The notes under the pieces are model-generated. The model made no database searches and was not told the DNA's origin. It worked only from the letters and a program-made list of their open reading frames with translations. From contig OY776562.1 in assembly GCA_963675785.1 (NCBI GenBank), forward strand, positions 1,678,893 to 1,742,892: DNA of 64,000 nt, written 5' to 3'. Made by a program: the position numbers and the translations under genes. Shown piece by piece: positions 28,057 to 38,800 of the stretch. This stretch comes from Anaerolineae bacterium (lineage in GTDB: Bacteria; Chloroflexota; Anaerolineae; UBA1429). Each line of letters starts with the position of its first letter. The stretch's first letter is position 1.

Positions 28057-28659
28057 CTAGTGTAAAAAGAGCGAAACAGCGCAATACATTAGCAACAATG
28101 CCATAACTACATTAAAGATCCTTTCGTACTTGGCCAGAAATCGCTGAAAGAGCGAGCCGAAAAAAGCCCAGCTGTTGGTAGCCACGAGGGAGACCAGCGC
28201 TAGACCCACTGAGAACAGTACCAGGCTAATGCCCGACTTGAAATAGGGTATTATGAAATTGGCCATGATGGTGATGCCATAGAGAATGCCCTTGGCATTG
28301 ACAAACTGCAGGGCAAAACCACCCCAAAAGGAATTCTGCTTGTTGTTTTGGGCACCGGTTGTTTGATCATCATGGTTGTGTGCATCGCTCGTCACAGTTT
28401 TATAGGCAAGGTAGCCCATGTACACTGCCCCGACGATATTCATGGCCAATTGAATGCGCGGAATGACGCGAAAAAGCAAAAGGTTGGCATAAGCGCATAA
28501 CAACAGGACGACTGAAAAGCCGCCCAGCACGCCGAGAGTAAACCGAACCGTTTTCTTCCAGCCGTAGCGGCCTGCAATCGACATGGCCATGATATTATTC
28601 GGGCCAGGCGTAAACGTGGTAACAAATACATACGACAAGAACGGTGCAAGAGCAAACAT
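28057..28659 (-). CDS. LysE/RhtB-family amino-acid exporter
   Basis: MFALAPFLSYVFVTTFTPGPNN… (LysE signature). Start trimmed to MFAL (28659); the ORF track starts at 28695. Confidence 0.7.
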   Translation of the reverse strand: MFALAPFLSYVFVTTFTPGPNNIMAMSIAGRYGWKKTVRFTLGVLGGFSVVLLLCAYANLLLFRVIPRIQLAMNIVGAVYMGYLAYKTVTSDAHNHDDQTTGAQNNKQNSFWGGFALQFVNAKGILYGITIMANFIIPYFKSGISLVLFSVGLALVSLVATNSWAFFGSLFQRFLAKYERIFNVVMALLLMYCAVSLFLH

Positions 28660-28982
28660 GTGCGACAGAGCTCCTTTTGCACAAGCGAGACGCAAGCTAA
28701 AGACTGCACTGCTTGGACCGGGTTAATTGACGACAATGTCTTTGGGGGTATAAGAGGCAATTGCACAGCACCGTAGCTGCATAGTATAAAGAGAGGGGAA
28801 CAGGTTCTGCTGGAGAAATGAAACTGCTACTACCAGCCGATGAGAGAGTATCGAAATTGATGGGATAACCACAATTATTTCGCAAGTGGGCTGACAAACT
28901 GAAACCCATTTGTATCACAAGGACAGACAGTGCGCAAACATGCATTGACGACGGCGGGCGATGCCCAGAAACGAGGTAAAGT

Positions 28983-29432
28983 ATGACCAAGGTTCTCGTT
29001 CTGTATCATTCGCAAGAGTACGGCAACACGAGAAAGATGGCCGAAGCACTGGCCGAAGGCGCCCAACAGGCCGGCGCCGAGGTTGAGTTGGTAAACACCA
29101 ACGAAACACGTGCCAGCATAGAGGCGTTTCGTGCCGCTGATGCAGTGGCCATCGGCACACCCGACTATTTCAGTTATATCGCTGGCAATCTCAAGCAGTT
29201 TTGGGACGACTGGTACATCGCTCAAAGAATTGACCCCAAGGGCCTCAAGGACAAGCCGCTGGCGTTATTCTGCACCCATGGCGGAGGAGGCAAAGCACGA
29301 GGTGTGCTAGAGAATCTTGCCAGAGAGCTGGGCACCCCTGTGAGCGAGACCATTGCCTCACAAGGTGCCCCCGACAGGGACACGATAGCTGCACTGAAAG
29401 AACTGGGTGAAAAGCTGGTGGAGGCAATCTAG
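28983..29432 (+). CDS. Flavodoxin-like fold protein (WrbA/NAD(P)H:quinone oxidoreductase-like)
   Basis: KVLVLYHSQEYGNTRKMAE plus a C-terminal …CTHGGGG… loop. Confidence 0.65.
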   Translation: MTKVLVLYHSQEYGNTRKMAEALAEGAQQAGAEVELVNTNETRASIEAFRAADAVAIGTPDYFSYIAGNLKQFWDDWYIAQRIDPKGLKDKPLALFCTHGGGGKARGVLENLARELGTPVSETIASQGAPDRDTIAALKELGEKLVEAI

Positions 29433-29471
29433 AAAAAGAGGCTGTGGGATTATTCCCCACAGCCTCTTTTT
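29433..29471. terminator. Bidirectional terminator (AAAAAGAGGCTGTGGG-attatt-CCCACAGCCTCTTTTT)
   Basis: Perfect 16-bp stem flanked by an A-run and a T-run; lies between convergent genes. Confidence 0.85.
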
Positions 29472-29483
29472 ATTCTTTCCTTA

Positions 29484-30563
29484 TCAGGGCTTGAGCACTA
29501 CTTTGACTGAATCCTCGCCCGAGGCGGCGATATCCAGCGCCTCGCCAAAACGCTCTAGTGGCAGGACATGCGAGACCAGTGCCTTACCATTGATGACCCC
29601 ACTACGAAGATAATCAATAGCCAGCGGGTAACTGTAGGCACCCAAATGCGCACCATGAATGTTAAGCTCTTTGACATCGCCAATGATAGACCAATCGATG
29701 GCAGCAGGTTTGGCATGTACGCTAAACTCGACGAACGTGCCCAACTTGCGCACCATTTGCAAACCCTGGCTTACGGCCGGCGCAGCGCCAGTAGCCTCGA
29801 TATAAACATCGCAGCCGTAGCCTTCCGTTAGATCGAGTACGCGCTCAATGGCGTTGCCCTCACTCACATCAATGGCCAGGTCTGCGCCGAGCTGCTCTGC
29901 CAAACGCAGGCGCTTGGGTTTCATATCCAGAGCGATGACCATGGATGGCCCCTTTTGCTTAGCCGCCTGTAACATCCCCAGGCCAATAGGACCCATGCCA
30001 GCAATAGCCACCACATCGCCTAATTGAATGTCGCCACGCTGCACGGCATGAATGGCGCAAGCCATGGGCTCAATCAGTGCCGCCTGATCGATGGGCAAAT
30101 CCTTGGGCACCTTGTAATTGATGGCGTTGGCCGGAAAGAGCATGTACTCGGCCCACGAACCCTCAGCACGATCCTTGATAAAGCCGTAGATGTCGTGCTG
30201 CTGGCACATCCAATACTTGCCAGTCTTGCAGAAACGGCACTTGCCGCAGGGCACAATCTGCTCAGAAACGGCATGATCACCAATTTGCAGGCCGTACTTT
30301 TCAGCAGCGCCTTCACCTAGCGCCACCACCTCGCCCACGAACTCGTGCCCGGCGGTTACCGGAGGCTGAATATAGGGAGCGATGGCGTCTGATCCCCATA
30401 CGCGAGCCCCATGAAAAGCCTTGACGTCGCTGGCGCAAACGCCAGTAGCCAACACTTTGACCAGCACCTCGCCCGGGCCAACCTGGGGAACGGGGATGGT
30501 TTCAAGCCGATAGTCATTCGGCGCATAAACACGTACAGCTTTCATTGTAGCGGGAATCGTCAT
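29484..30563 (-). CDS. Zinc-dependent medium-chain alcohol/polyol dehydrogenase (threonine/sorbitol dehydrogenase-like)
   Basis: GHEFVGEV zinc motif; structural-zinc Cys cluster CGKCRFC; Rossmann GMGPIGLG. Confidence 0.85.
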   Translation of the reverse strand: MTIPATMKAVRVYAPNDYRLETIPVPQVGPGEVLVKVLATGVCASDVKAFHGARVWGSDAIAPYIQPPVTAGHEFVGEVVALGEGAAEKYGLQIGDHAVSEQIVPCGKCRFCKTGKYWMCQQHDIYGFIKDRAEGSWAEYMLFPANAINYKVPKDLPIDQAALIEPMACAIHAVQRGDIQLGDVVAIAGMGPIGLGMLQAAKQKGPSMVIALDMKPKRLRLAEQLGADLAIDVSEGNAIERVLDLTEGYGCDVYIEATGAAPAVSQGLQMVRKLGTFVEFSVHAKPAAIDWSIIGDVKELNIHGAHLGAYSYPLAIDYLRSGVINGKALVSHVLPLERFGEALDIAASGEDSVKVVLKP

Positions 30564-30846
30564 CGCATTTCCTCCACAGACATCATTCTACATGCGCCCA
30601 CATTTGCACGAGCAGACGCTCGCCACCATTATAGTCGGCGTTCGCATAATCGACCAGTTCTACTGCTTGCGAATTACCACTCACTGCTGTATACAAAGGG
30701 CCATACCTTTTGCCCCACAGGGCAAACTGAAACAGAGCTGAAACAACTGACCATCATTACACCGGTTTAGTACCACTGGAGAACATGCGCCAACTGGCTC
30801 AGGAGATCATGCCTAGGCCCGCATTGTCAATATTGTGGAGGATAGT

Positions 30847-31686
30847 ATGACGAGCTTTCCCATGACCCACATTGAAAACATCGAGATCTCGCGTATGATG
30901 ATCGGCAGCAACTGGTTTATGGGCTATTCGCACTATTCGGCAGCCAAAAGCCAGTGGATCAAAGAATATATGACTATCGAGCGCATTACCGAGGTGATGT
31001 GCGTCTTTGCTCGCAACGGCATCAATACCGTCATGTCCATCGCCAACGACCCCATGAAAGAGGCCATTCGCCGCGTCGAGGTGGAAACAGGCGTCAAAAT
31101 GGTCTGGGTTTGCACGCCATCGGGCGAGCATCTGGAGGATCTGCTGCCCAACATCGAATACACCGCCGAGATGGGCGGGGCCATCTGCATGCCCCATCAG
31201 CATTGGACTGATGGCAACCTGATAACCAACGAAAAGCGCCTCATCGGTCTGGAAAAGGCCACCGAGCGCATTCGTCAATTGGGCATGATCCCCGGGCTCT
31301 CAACACACCGCCCTGAGACAGTAACCGTGTGCGATGCTGCTGGCTATGATGTGGCTACCTATATTCAGATTCTCAATCCCATCGGGTTTTTGTGCCAGGT
31401 TGAGACTGATTGGGTCGAGCGGGTCATTCGTTCTACGCCCAAACCCATCATGTGCATCAAGCCGTTGGCCGCTGGCCGAGTGCTGCCCACCACCGGTTTG
31501 AACTATGTCTACAACGCCATCAAGCCCATCGATACGGTGTGCATTGGCACCTTAAGCCCGTACGAAGCAGAGGATGACATTGCCATCGCCCGAGAACTAT
31601 TGGCCGCTCAGAAGGATGCCTGCTGCGAGGAACGTACCCTGGATTATTCGCGAAGCAAGAGCGCCCTGGTGCAAAAGGAGGATTAG
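30847..31686 (+). CDS. Hypothetical protein
   Basis: ATG 30847 with GGAGG 6 nt upstream. No motif recognised. Confidence 0.45.
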   Translation: MTSFPMTHIENIEISRMMIGSNWFMGYSHYSAAKSQWIKEYMTIERITEVMCVFARNGINTVMSIANDPMKEAIRRVEVETGVKMVWVCTPSGEHLEDLLPNIEYTAEMGGAICMPHQHWTDGNLITNEKRLIGLEKATERIRQLGMIPGLSTHRPETVTVCDAAGYDVATYIQILNPIGFLCQVETDWVERVIRSTPKPIMCIKPLAAGRVLPTTGLNYVYNAIKPIDTVCIGTLSPYEAEDDIAIARELLAAQKDACCEERTLDYSRSKSALVQKED

Positions 31687-31687
31687 T

Positions 31688-32209
31688 ATGAGCCGCGTTC
31701 AGGTTCCGTACGATCATAAACTGGATGAAACCCTGGCCTTGTTGCGAAACCCGGGGCTCTTGTTGGCCTCAACAAAAGCCGACGGCAAATCCAATGTGAT
31801 GACTATTGGCTGGGGCACAGTGGGTGTTATTTGGGGGCTGGATATATTTGTGGTGATGGTACGCCCTTCCCGCTACACCTACGAATTCATCGAAGAGAGC
31901 GGCGTGTTCACCGTCAATGTGCCCTCACCTGATCTGCGTGAGTTCTGCCGCATAGCTGGCTCACGAAGCGGGCGCGATATGGACAAGTTCGCCGAGTTCA
32001 AACTGAGCACCACGCCGGGACGCAACGTTCCTGCCGTGACCATCGACGCTTGCCCACTGGCGTATGAATGCCAAGTAGTGCACCATAACGACGTCATACC
32101 AGCCAACCTGTCTCCTGATGTGGAAGCCAAATCGTATCGCGGCCATGACTATCACCGCATCTACTATGGACAGATTATGGGCGTTTGGGAAAAGGTTGCA
32201 GAAAAATAG
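31688..32209 (+). CDS. Flavin-reductase-like FMN-binding split-barrel domain protein
   Basis: …KADGKSNVMTIGWGTVG… motif. ATG 31688 right after the upstream stop, with AAGGAGG upstream; the ORF track starts at 31574 in the same frame. Confidence 0.65.
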   Translation: MSRVQVPYDHKLDETLALLRNPGLLLASTKADGKSNVMTIGWGTVGVIWGLDIFVVMVRPSRYTYEFIEESGVFTVNVPSPDLREFCRIAGSRSGRDMDKFAEFKLSTTPGRNVPAVTIDACPLAYECQVVHHNDVIPANLSPDVEAKSYRGHDYHRIYYGQIMGVWEKVAEK

Positions 32210-32259
32210 CCTGAAGACTAGACTACATAAAAGCTGTTCTTTCTGTACGGAGGGGCCTT

Positions 32260-32826
32260 ATGCCCGATATAGTAGAAGCCACAATTCGCGATGTGGGCAC
32301 GATCCACGTCACCTGTGAGCGTTGTGGCCACGAATACGAATACGACCAAATCTTTTTGGGCAAAACCGAAGTGCGTCGCATCGATCCGCGTCCCGATAGC
32401 ATCAAGGCTCTCAAAGTCATGGCGGAACAGATACGCTCGGGTTTCGGCAAAGGCGATTACCGCCGGCTAGAATGGCACCGCTGCCCCGAATGTGGTTTTA
32501 CCCAATCGTGGATGGCAAAACGTACCCGCAAGTCACTAACAATGCGCATCTTTTTTCCGATTATTCTCGTTGCATTGCTCGCCGGCAGTATCATGGCCAT
32601 GTTCCAAAGCGACGCTATGATTGGCGGACAGATCCTTCGAACGGCCTTTTATGTAGTGGGCGGTGCTCTAGTGGCTGGCTCATTATTCTGGCTGTTTTAC
32701 AGGCCGCCCCGCCATGGCGTTGAAAGGATCATCCCACCAACGCTGACTTTTAGTTCGGAAAGCCCCGAGGCTCTCAACGAAATGATTGTGGGCAACTTGC
32801 CTGACGATCGACCAGGCGAAAGATAG
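32260..32826 (+). CDS. Hypothetical protein with N-terminal zinc-ribbon (CERCGH…CPECGF) and two TM helices
   Basis: CxxC…CxxC pattern plus hydrophobic segments. Confidence 0.45.
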   Translation: MPDIVEATIRDVGTIHVTCERCGHEYEYDQIFLGKTEVRRIDPRPDSIKALKVMAEQIRSGFGKGDYRRLEWHRCPECGFTQSWMAKRTRKSLTMRIFFPIILVALLAGSIMAMFQSDAMIGGQILRTAFYVVGGALVAGSLFWLFYRPPRHGVERIIPPTLTFSSESPEALNEMIVGNLPDDRPGER

Positions 32827-32900
32827 ACGGCTAGATTCTTGACCGGCCTCAGGTCGTAGCCTATACTCCCCTCTGTTCTAGCGGACAGAGGGGAGTTCTT

Positions 32901-33782
32901 TTGTACAACGTTCAAGATCTTCAGGCTCAATACCAGCGAGCCCTCGCGCTTGTTGAAACACAGTCCATTCCTATGGCTGCGAATAAGTCTCTTTATGTCA
33001 ATCGCCCCGTAGATACCCTGCCTGTTTCAGTAACGGGTACTGCCTGCAGCCTCAAATGTGCCCACTGTAATGGGGTGTATCTGGAGCATATGTATAGCCT
33101 GGATGACCTGGCTCATTCTCAGGCCCCCAGTGCGCTTATCTCTGGCGGTTGCGATCCCCACGGCTGTGTGCCCATCGCCCCTCATCTGGAGGCTCTTCGC
33201 TCGGCAGGCCAGGGCAAGCGCCTGAACCTTCATCTGGGGTTGGTAGATAAAGAAACGGCTGCCGCTGTTGGCCCCCTGGCTTCGGTCATTTCCTTCGATG
33301 TGGTCGGCAGTCGCGAAACTACCCGTCGTGTGTACGGCCTAGACGTCGACCTCGATACCTACATTGAGACGTTGGAGCGGCTGAACCAATATACCCGTGT
33401 GGTGCCCCATATCACTCTGGGGCTGGATGGCGGCAAAATTGTTGGCGAGCCTGAAGCCATTCAGGCGGTTGCCGCTTGTAATGTGGCTGCAGTAGTCTTT
33501 ATCGTGCTCATCCCCACAGCGAATACCGCGTTTGCAGAATGTAATCCACCCGCTCTCGACGAGGTAACCGCCCTGCTGATGCAGGCACGCCGCCTTATGC
33601 CCCATAAACGACTGGACCTAGGCTGTATGCGACCCCATGGTGCTTACCGGCAATACGTTGATGAATTGGCTATTCGTGCCGGCATCGATGGCATCGTCAA
33701 CCCGGCGCACAGTGCCCTGCAACTGGCGCGCGAACTGGATATGCGCATTATCGAGGGAACAGAATGCTGCGCTCTGAGCTAG
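32901..33782 (+). CDS. Radical SAM protein with extra Cys clusters (candidate lipoyl-synthase component, LipS1/LipS2-like)
   Basis: CSLKCAHC (CxxxCxxC), plus additional Cys (GGCDPHGC, ECCALS) compatible with an auxiliary Fe-S cluster. Confidence 0.6.
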   Translation: MYNVQDLQAQYQRALALVETQSIPMAANKSLYVNRPVDTLPVSVTGTACSLKCAHCNGVYLEHMYSLDDLAHSQAPSALISGGCDPHGCVPIAPHLEALRSAGQGKRLNLHLGLVDKETAAAVGPLASVISFDVVGSRETTRRVYGLDVDLDTYIETLERLNQYTRVVPHITLGLDGGKIVGEPEAIQAVAACNVAAVVFIVLIPTANTAFAECNPPALDEVTALLMQARRLMPHKRLDLGCMRPHGAYRQYVDELAIRAGIDGIVNPAHSALQLARELDMRIIEGTECCALS

Positions 33783-34780
33783 ATCATGATAAAACCTGGC
33801 GCGTCTCCTCGGGGACGGCAGTCGCCGCCGACCTGCTCAATGAGCGCGTCGATGTGCTGCCCACCACTGCCTACCTGATGTTGGGTGAACGCTGCCAGTA
33901 CAATTGTGCCTTTTGTGCCCAGGCACATGGCAGCCGGGCTAACGAAGCTGCTCTTTCACGGGTGCTCTGGCCGCAATTTCCCATTACTCAAGTCATCGAG
34001 GCCGTTAGCCATGCTTACACAGAAGGTACGCTGCGCAGAGCCTGTTTCCAGGTAACAGTGGGCGCCGATTCGTTAGAAGAAACGCTAGCTGCCGTGCTGG
34101 TTTTGCACACAGCCGTCGCAAGTATTCCCATCTGTGCTTCCGTGTCCGTACATAACATGGACGATGTAGCTGCCTTGCTGGAGGCTGGCGCCGACCGCGT
34201 TACCCTCTCGTTGGACGCCGCTGCAGAACGCATTCACAAGCAGGTCAAAAGCGGTTCGTGGGAGCGTACCTGGCATCTGCTGAGAGAAGCCTCAGCCACT
34301 TGGCCAGGGCACATCGGTACCCATGTCATTGCCGGGTTGGGCGAAACCGAACAAGAGATGGCCGAAACGCTGCAACAACTGGTCGATCTTGGGGTGAGCA
34401 TTGGCTTGTTTGCCTTTACGCCGTTGCACGGCACGCCCATGGCCAATCAACCACCTCCCGCCCTGGATTCATACCGGCGTATTCAAGCCGCCCGCTGGTT
34501 GATGATCCATCATCATGTTCGAGTTGAGGCAATGAGCTTTGATGGCGCTGGCTGCATGACCAGCTTGGGGTTGTCGAGTAAGCAGTTAGCCGAGCTTTTG
34601 GCCGATGGAGAGGCTTTTCGCACGGCAGGCTGCCCCGACTGCAACCGCCCCTATTACAATGAACGCCCTGCTGGCCCTATATACAACTATCCGGCGCCCT
34701 TGACGGCGCAACAGGCCAGCCAAGAACTTGATCTGCTGCTGGCCAACCTATCGGATGCAACATCCCTAAAAGAGGAGTAG
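33764..34780 (+). CDS. Radical SAM protein (candidate lipoyl-synthase component, LipS1/LipS2-like)
   Basis: CQYNCAFC (CxxxCxxC), plus a C-terminal CPDC; translationally coupled to the previous gene (19-nt overlap). Confidence 0.6.
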   Translation: MLRSELDHDKTWRVSSGTAVAADLLNERVDVLPTTAYLMLGERCQYNCAFCAQAHGSRANEAALSRVLWPQFPITQVIEAVSHAYTEGTLRRACFQVTVGADSLEETLAAVLVLHTAVASIPICASVSVHNMDDVAALLEAGADRVTLSLDAAAERIHKQVKSGSWERTWHLLREASATWPGHIGTHVIAGLGETEQEMAETLQQLVDLGVSIGLFAFTPLHGTPMANQPPPALDSYRRIQAARWLMIHHHVRVEAMSFDGAGCMTSLGLSSKQLAELLADGEAFRTAGCPDCNRPYYNERPAGPIYNYPAPLTAQQASQELDLLLANLSDATSLKEE

Positions 34781-34784
34781 CTCC

Positions 34785-35879
34785 ATGACGCAAACAGCCC
34801 TCTATAACAGGCACGTCGCCCTTGGCGGCCGTATGGTTGACTTTGCTGGATGGGAATTGCCCATTCAGTATGCCACCGGCCCCAAAGCCGAACACCACTG
34901 CGTGCGCAATCATGCCGGCCTCTTTGATATCGACCATATGGGCCAAGTTCGCGTCTCCGGCCCCGATGCAGTGCCTTACTTGCAGCATATACTTACGGCT
35001 AACATCGCCCGGCTTGTGCCCAGCCAGGCCCGCTATGCACTGATGTGCTATGCCGATGGCGGTATTGTGGATGATGTATTCGTCTATTGCGAGGCCAGTA
35101 GCTATATGCTGGTCATCAACGCTGCCAACCGGGATAAGGATATCCGTTGGTTAGCGTATCACGCTGACGATTACGACGTGCAGGTCGACAACATCTCGGA
35201 CGAAACCTACATGCTGGCGTTACAAGGGCCCCAGGCTCAGGCGGTACTGCAAAACCTTGCCTCATCTGATCTGGATACTATCGGCTTTCACAAACACGCC
35301 CATGTCTCACTAGACGGCGTAGACACACTGGTGAGCCGCACAGGCTATACGGGCGAAGACGGCTTTGAGCTATATTTTGACGCTGCTGCCGCAAGTAATC
35401 TATGGGACGCCATTCTAGAGGCGGGAGTGCCCTATGGCGTACAGCCCATTGGCCTGGCTGCTCGCGATTCGCTGCGGTTGGAGGCTGCTATGGCTTTGTA
35501 CGGCCACGAGATTCACGCCCAAACCAACGCCATTGAGGCCGGGCTAAACTGGGCGGTTTCCTATAAAAAAGGGGATTTCATCGGTCGTGATGCGATTCTC
35601 AAAGCCAAATTCGAGGGGACGGTACACACGTTGGTGGGTTTGCGCATGGTTGAAAGAGGTGTACCCCGTGAGCACTATGAGATAGCTCACATGGGCGAGT
35701 TGATCGGTCATACGGCCAGCGGCGGTTACGCACCCACTCTCGATGCCTTTATCGCCACAGCTTTTGTTCAGGGCGAGTATGCCCAAGCGGGCACAGAGCT
35801 GGATGTCATCATGCGCGGTCAACCCCGCAAGGCTTTGGTAGTCGATCTGCCCTTTTATGAGCCGCGATACAAGCGCTAA
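34785..35879 (+). CDS. gcvT: Glycine cleavage system T protein (aminomethyltransferase)
   Basis: N-terminus TALYNRHVALGGRMVDFAGWELPIQY and overall GcvT sequence. Confidence 0.9.
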   Translation: MTQTALYNRHVALGGRMVDFAGWELPIQYATGPKAEHHCVRNHAGLFDIDHMGQVRVSGPDAVPYLQHILTANIARLVPSQARYALMCYADGGIVDDVFVYCEASSYMLVINAANRDKDIRWLAYHADDYDVQVDNISDETYMLALQGPQAQAVLQNLASSDLDTIGFHKHAHVSLDGVDTLVSRTGYTGEDGFELYFDAAAASNLWDAILEAGVPYGVQPIGLAARDSLRLEAAMALYGHEIHAQTNAIEAGLNWAVSYKKGDFIGRDAILKAKFEGTVHTLVGLRMVERGVPREHYEIAHMGELIGHTASGGYAPTLDAFIATAFVQGEYAQAGTELDVIMRGQPRKALVVDLPFYEPRYKR

Positions 35880-38800
35880 CAGTCCAGATTGCTTGTATCA
35901 ATAGCAGGCACATATAACGAGAATGTCGTGCCACGATTGGGTTCGGAATGGACCCTTATGCCGCCGCTACTTTGGCTGATCAGATACTTGACCGTAGCCA
36001 GCCCTAGGCCGTAATGATTGCTATCATGACGCGTAGTATAGCGATAATCGAATAAATGTGCAGCATGTTCCGGGTCGATACCGCGGCCCGTATCATGTAC
36101 CGAAACACAGCCATAGAGGCCCGTGTTGATGCCTAACTCATCAGCCAGCGGCTTGGTTATCTGCTCCAAACTGGAGCGTATGTCAATCTTGCCACCCTCT
36201 GGCATAGCATCACGCGCATTCACACAGAGATTGAGCAGTACGCGATCAAACCAGGTCTGATTCATCCGTACATATACAGGATCAGACGCAAGTTGGAGTC
36301 TCAACTCGATATCGGTGCCGAGAAGCCGACCAATGCTCTTTTGCAGCTGCCCCACCTCAGAGTTGACTGCCACCAGCATTTCTTCGTCTTCCGACTGACC
36401 CAGAATACCCTGGAGCATGTTATCCGACATGGTATGGGCCTGTGCGATGTGCTTTACCAGTTCTCCGTATTCCCCCAGAACCGCCTCTTTATCCCCTGCT
36501 GAATCTCGAATAGAATCGGCAACTGCCCTACACACAGTCAATAGATTGATGAAATCGTGGGCCGTTCCCTTGGTCAGGGATTGGGCGGCCCGCAGGCTTT
36601 CCGTCTCCCGCACAATGCCTTCCAACCGCCGGATATCCGTTACATCGCGAATCAGCAACGCAACCTGCTTGCCTCTATCCGTGCCATACCCAAACGCCAA
36701 CATCTCGGCGTCAACTAGACCATCAACGCCTTGAACAGTTACCACACCGCCTTCACGAACAATGCGTCGGTTACGCAGTGCCTGGTCGAGCTGTAGAACC
36801 ATCGTTCGAGGTTGAACGTTCAAGCGCTCTTCGACCTCGCTGGCGTGCAAGCCGCGCCAGCTTTCAGCAACACCAAACAAGTAGTAACCAACACCGTTTC
36901 CAGATTGCAGTGTGAGATCAGCATCAAACAGAAACAAAGCGTGCCCCATGTTCTCAAAAATGCTACGGAAATTCTCTTCGGACTCCCGCGTGCGGCGCTC
37001 TATTTCTTTGCGTTGCGAGATATCCATCACTGCGCTGTACCAGCTGCCCTCTCCCCTTTCCCCATGCAACCTGTACTGGGGAGAGACAAGCGTCGGCACA
37101 ACGCGGTTGTCGTCGTGCCATGCGACTTCTTCTGTTTGGTTAGCCGCGTGGTGTGTAAACATCAAGGGCTCTAGCTCGTAACGTGCTGCAAGATCCAAGA
37201 ACTCGCCAACCTGCCGCCCAAAAAGCTCGGCTTCATTTCGCCCGAGCATGCGACAAAAGGCTTCGTTGGCTGCATAGATGCGACCGTCATCGCGATAGAG
37301 CACCAATCCCTCATTCAAACTTCCGGAAAGATCGGCAAACTCGTCACGGCCTTCGGCAGCAGCACGCTCCGAGCGCGTTCGCTCGGTTACATCACGCACC
37401 GAGCCAATAACACGCACTGGGTGGCCCTCATCATCGTATTGCAGCGTATTCGCCACCTCAATATGCCGATAGGTGCCATCTTTGGTTCTCAAGTATTCAC
37501 GCACTAAAACGGGCCAAGTTTGTTCATCGCCACGTTGATTGGCGCGCATCTCGTAAAGACGCCGAACCAGCTTTTCTCGGTCATCGGTCTGCAGTCGACT
37601 TACCAACAAAGCCATTCCACCATCGAGCCATTCCTGAACGCTATAGCCGGTGATCTTAGCCAAACCCTCAGAAGCAAACTCGAATTCTTCTGTCCACAGG
37701 TTGATCATATAAACGCCATCGGAACTGTTGTTGAGTATGGTAGAGAGAAAATCCGAGGTTCGAGCCAATTCATCGGCATGTGCCTGGCGGCGCATAGCGC
37801 CAGAAATAGTGGCCGCACACCCCTTGAGCGCTACAAGCTGCGCATCCGTAGGCTCTTGGTTCGCATCGCTGTATTCTACCCATAGGCCGCCCCATATACC
37901 TGTTTCACTCTGGATAGGCAGGACGACAATCAGAGCCACAGCACGCGATTCAAACTGCGAACGCATACGTTCGGGCATATCCTGACGCAGAAATTGGATC
38001 GCCTGCCCTCCAGAAAAAGCACGCTGAAATTCCCGACGCACATCTTTTTGGGACTCCAAGATGCTGCCCAGAATACTGATCAGTTCTCTATCCGCACCAG
38101 AGGGCCAGGCATCCACCTGCACCGGCAGAGCATCCGGTTCGCCATAATGTACCAGGCGCACATATTTTGCACTGGTAGCCTGCCCCATGGTCTCTAATAC
38201 CTGGGGGAGCACATCCTGCCAACGCTTGGCTTTGAGCATCATTTCGGCAATCAAGCCAGCAGCCTGTCCGATGCGTTTGGTGATCTCTTGGCGCTGCTCG
38301 ATTTTTAGCTGTTCGGTAATATCTGTGATGGTAACGTTCTGAAGCCCTTGATCAGAACAAGGAATCGTGCCGATGCGTATGCTCACCTCACGGGTGGCAC
38401 CATCAGGGCGAACCAACGTGGTTTGGAATATCGTGGGAGAAAGTTTGAATCGTGACTCGCGGAAGTGCTTCTCGACCTCTGCTTGCTTGTCGGGCTGCAC
38501 AAAGTCGATGAAATCACGCCCATAGACTTCACGCAGCGAACGCACCCCTAAAAGTTCCAAAGCACTTTGCGAAGCATAGTAGAACCTGCCCTCGGCTTCA
38601 CGCAGAACGGGATTAGAGTTGCTTTCCAAATAACGCTGATAACGCAAGGCCCGATGCGGGGGATTGGTAAAGCTGCCAAGGCTCACGCCTGTCGTTCGTA
38701 CCAGCATCAGTGTTGTGCTCAAATCCAATATCGATAGCCGTGCTGTGCGCAGTTCGACATCACGCTCGATGCCCTGTGCAGAGACGAGGGTGCACTCTAC

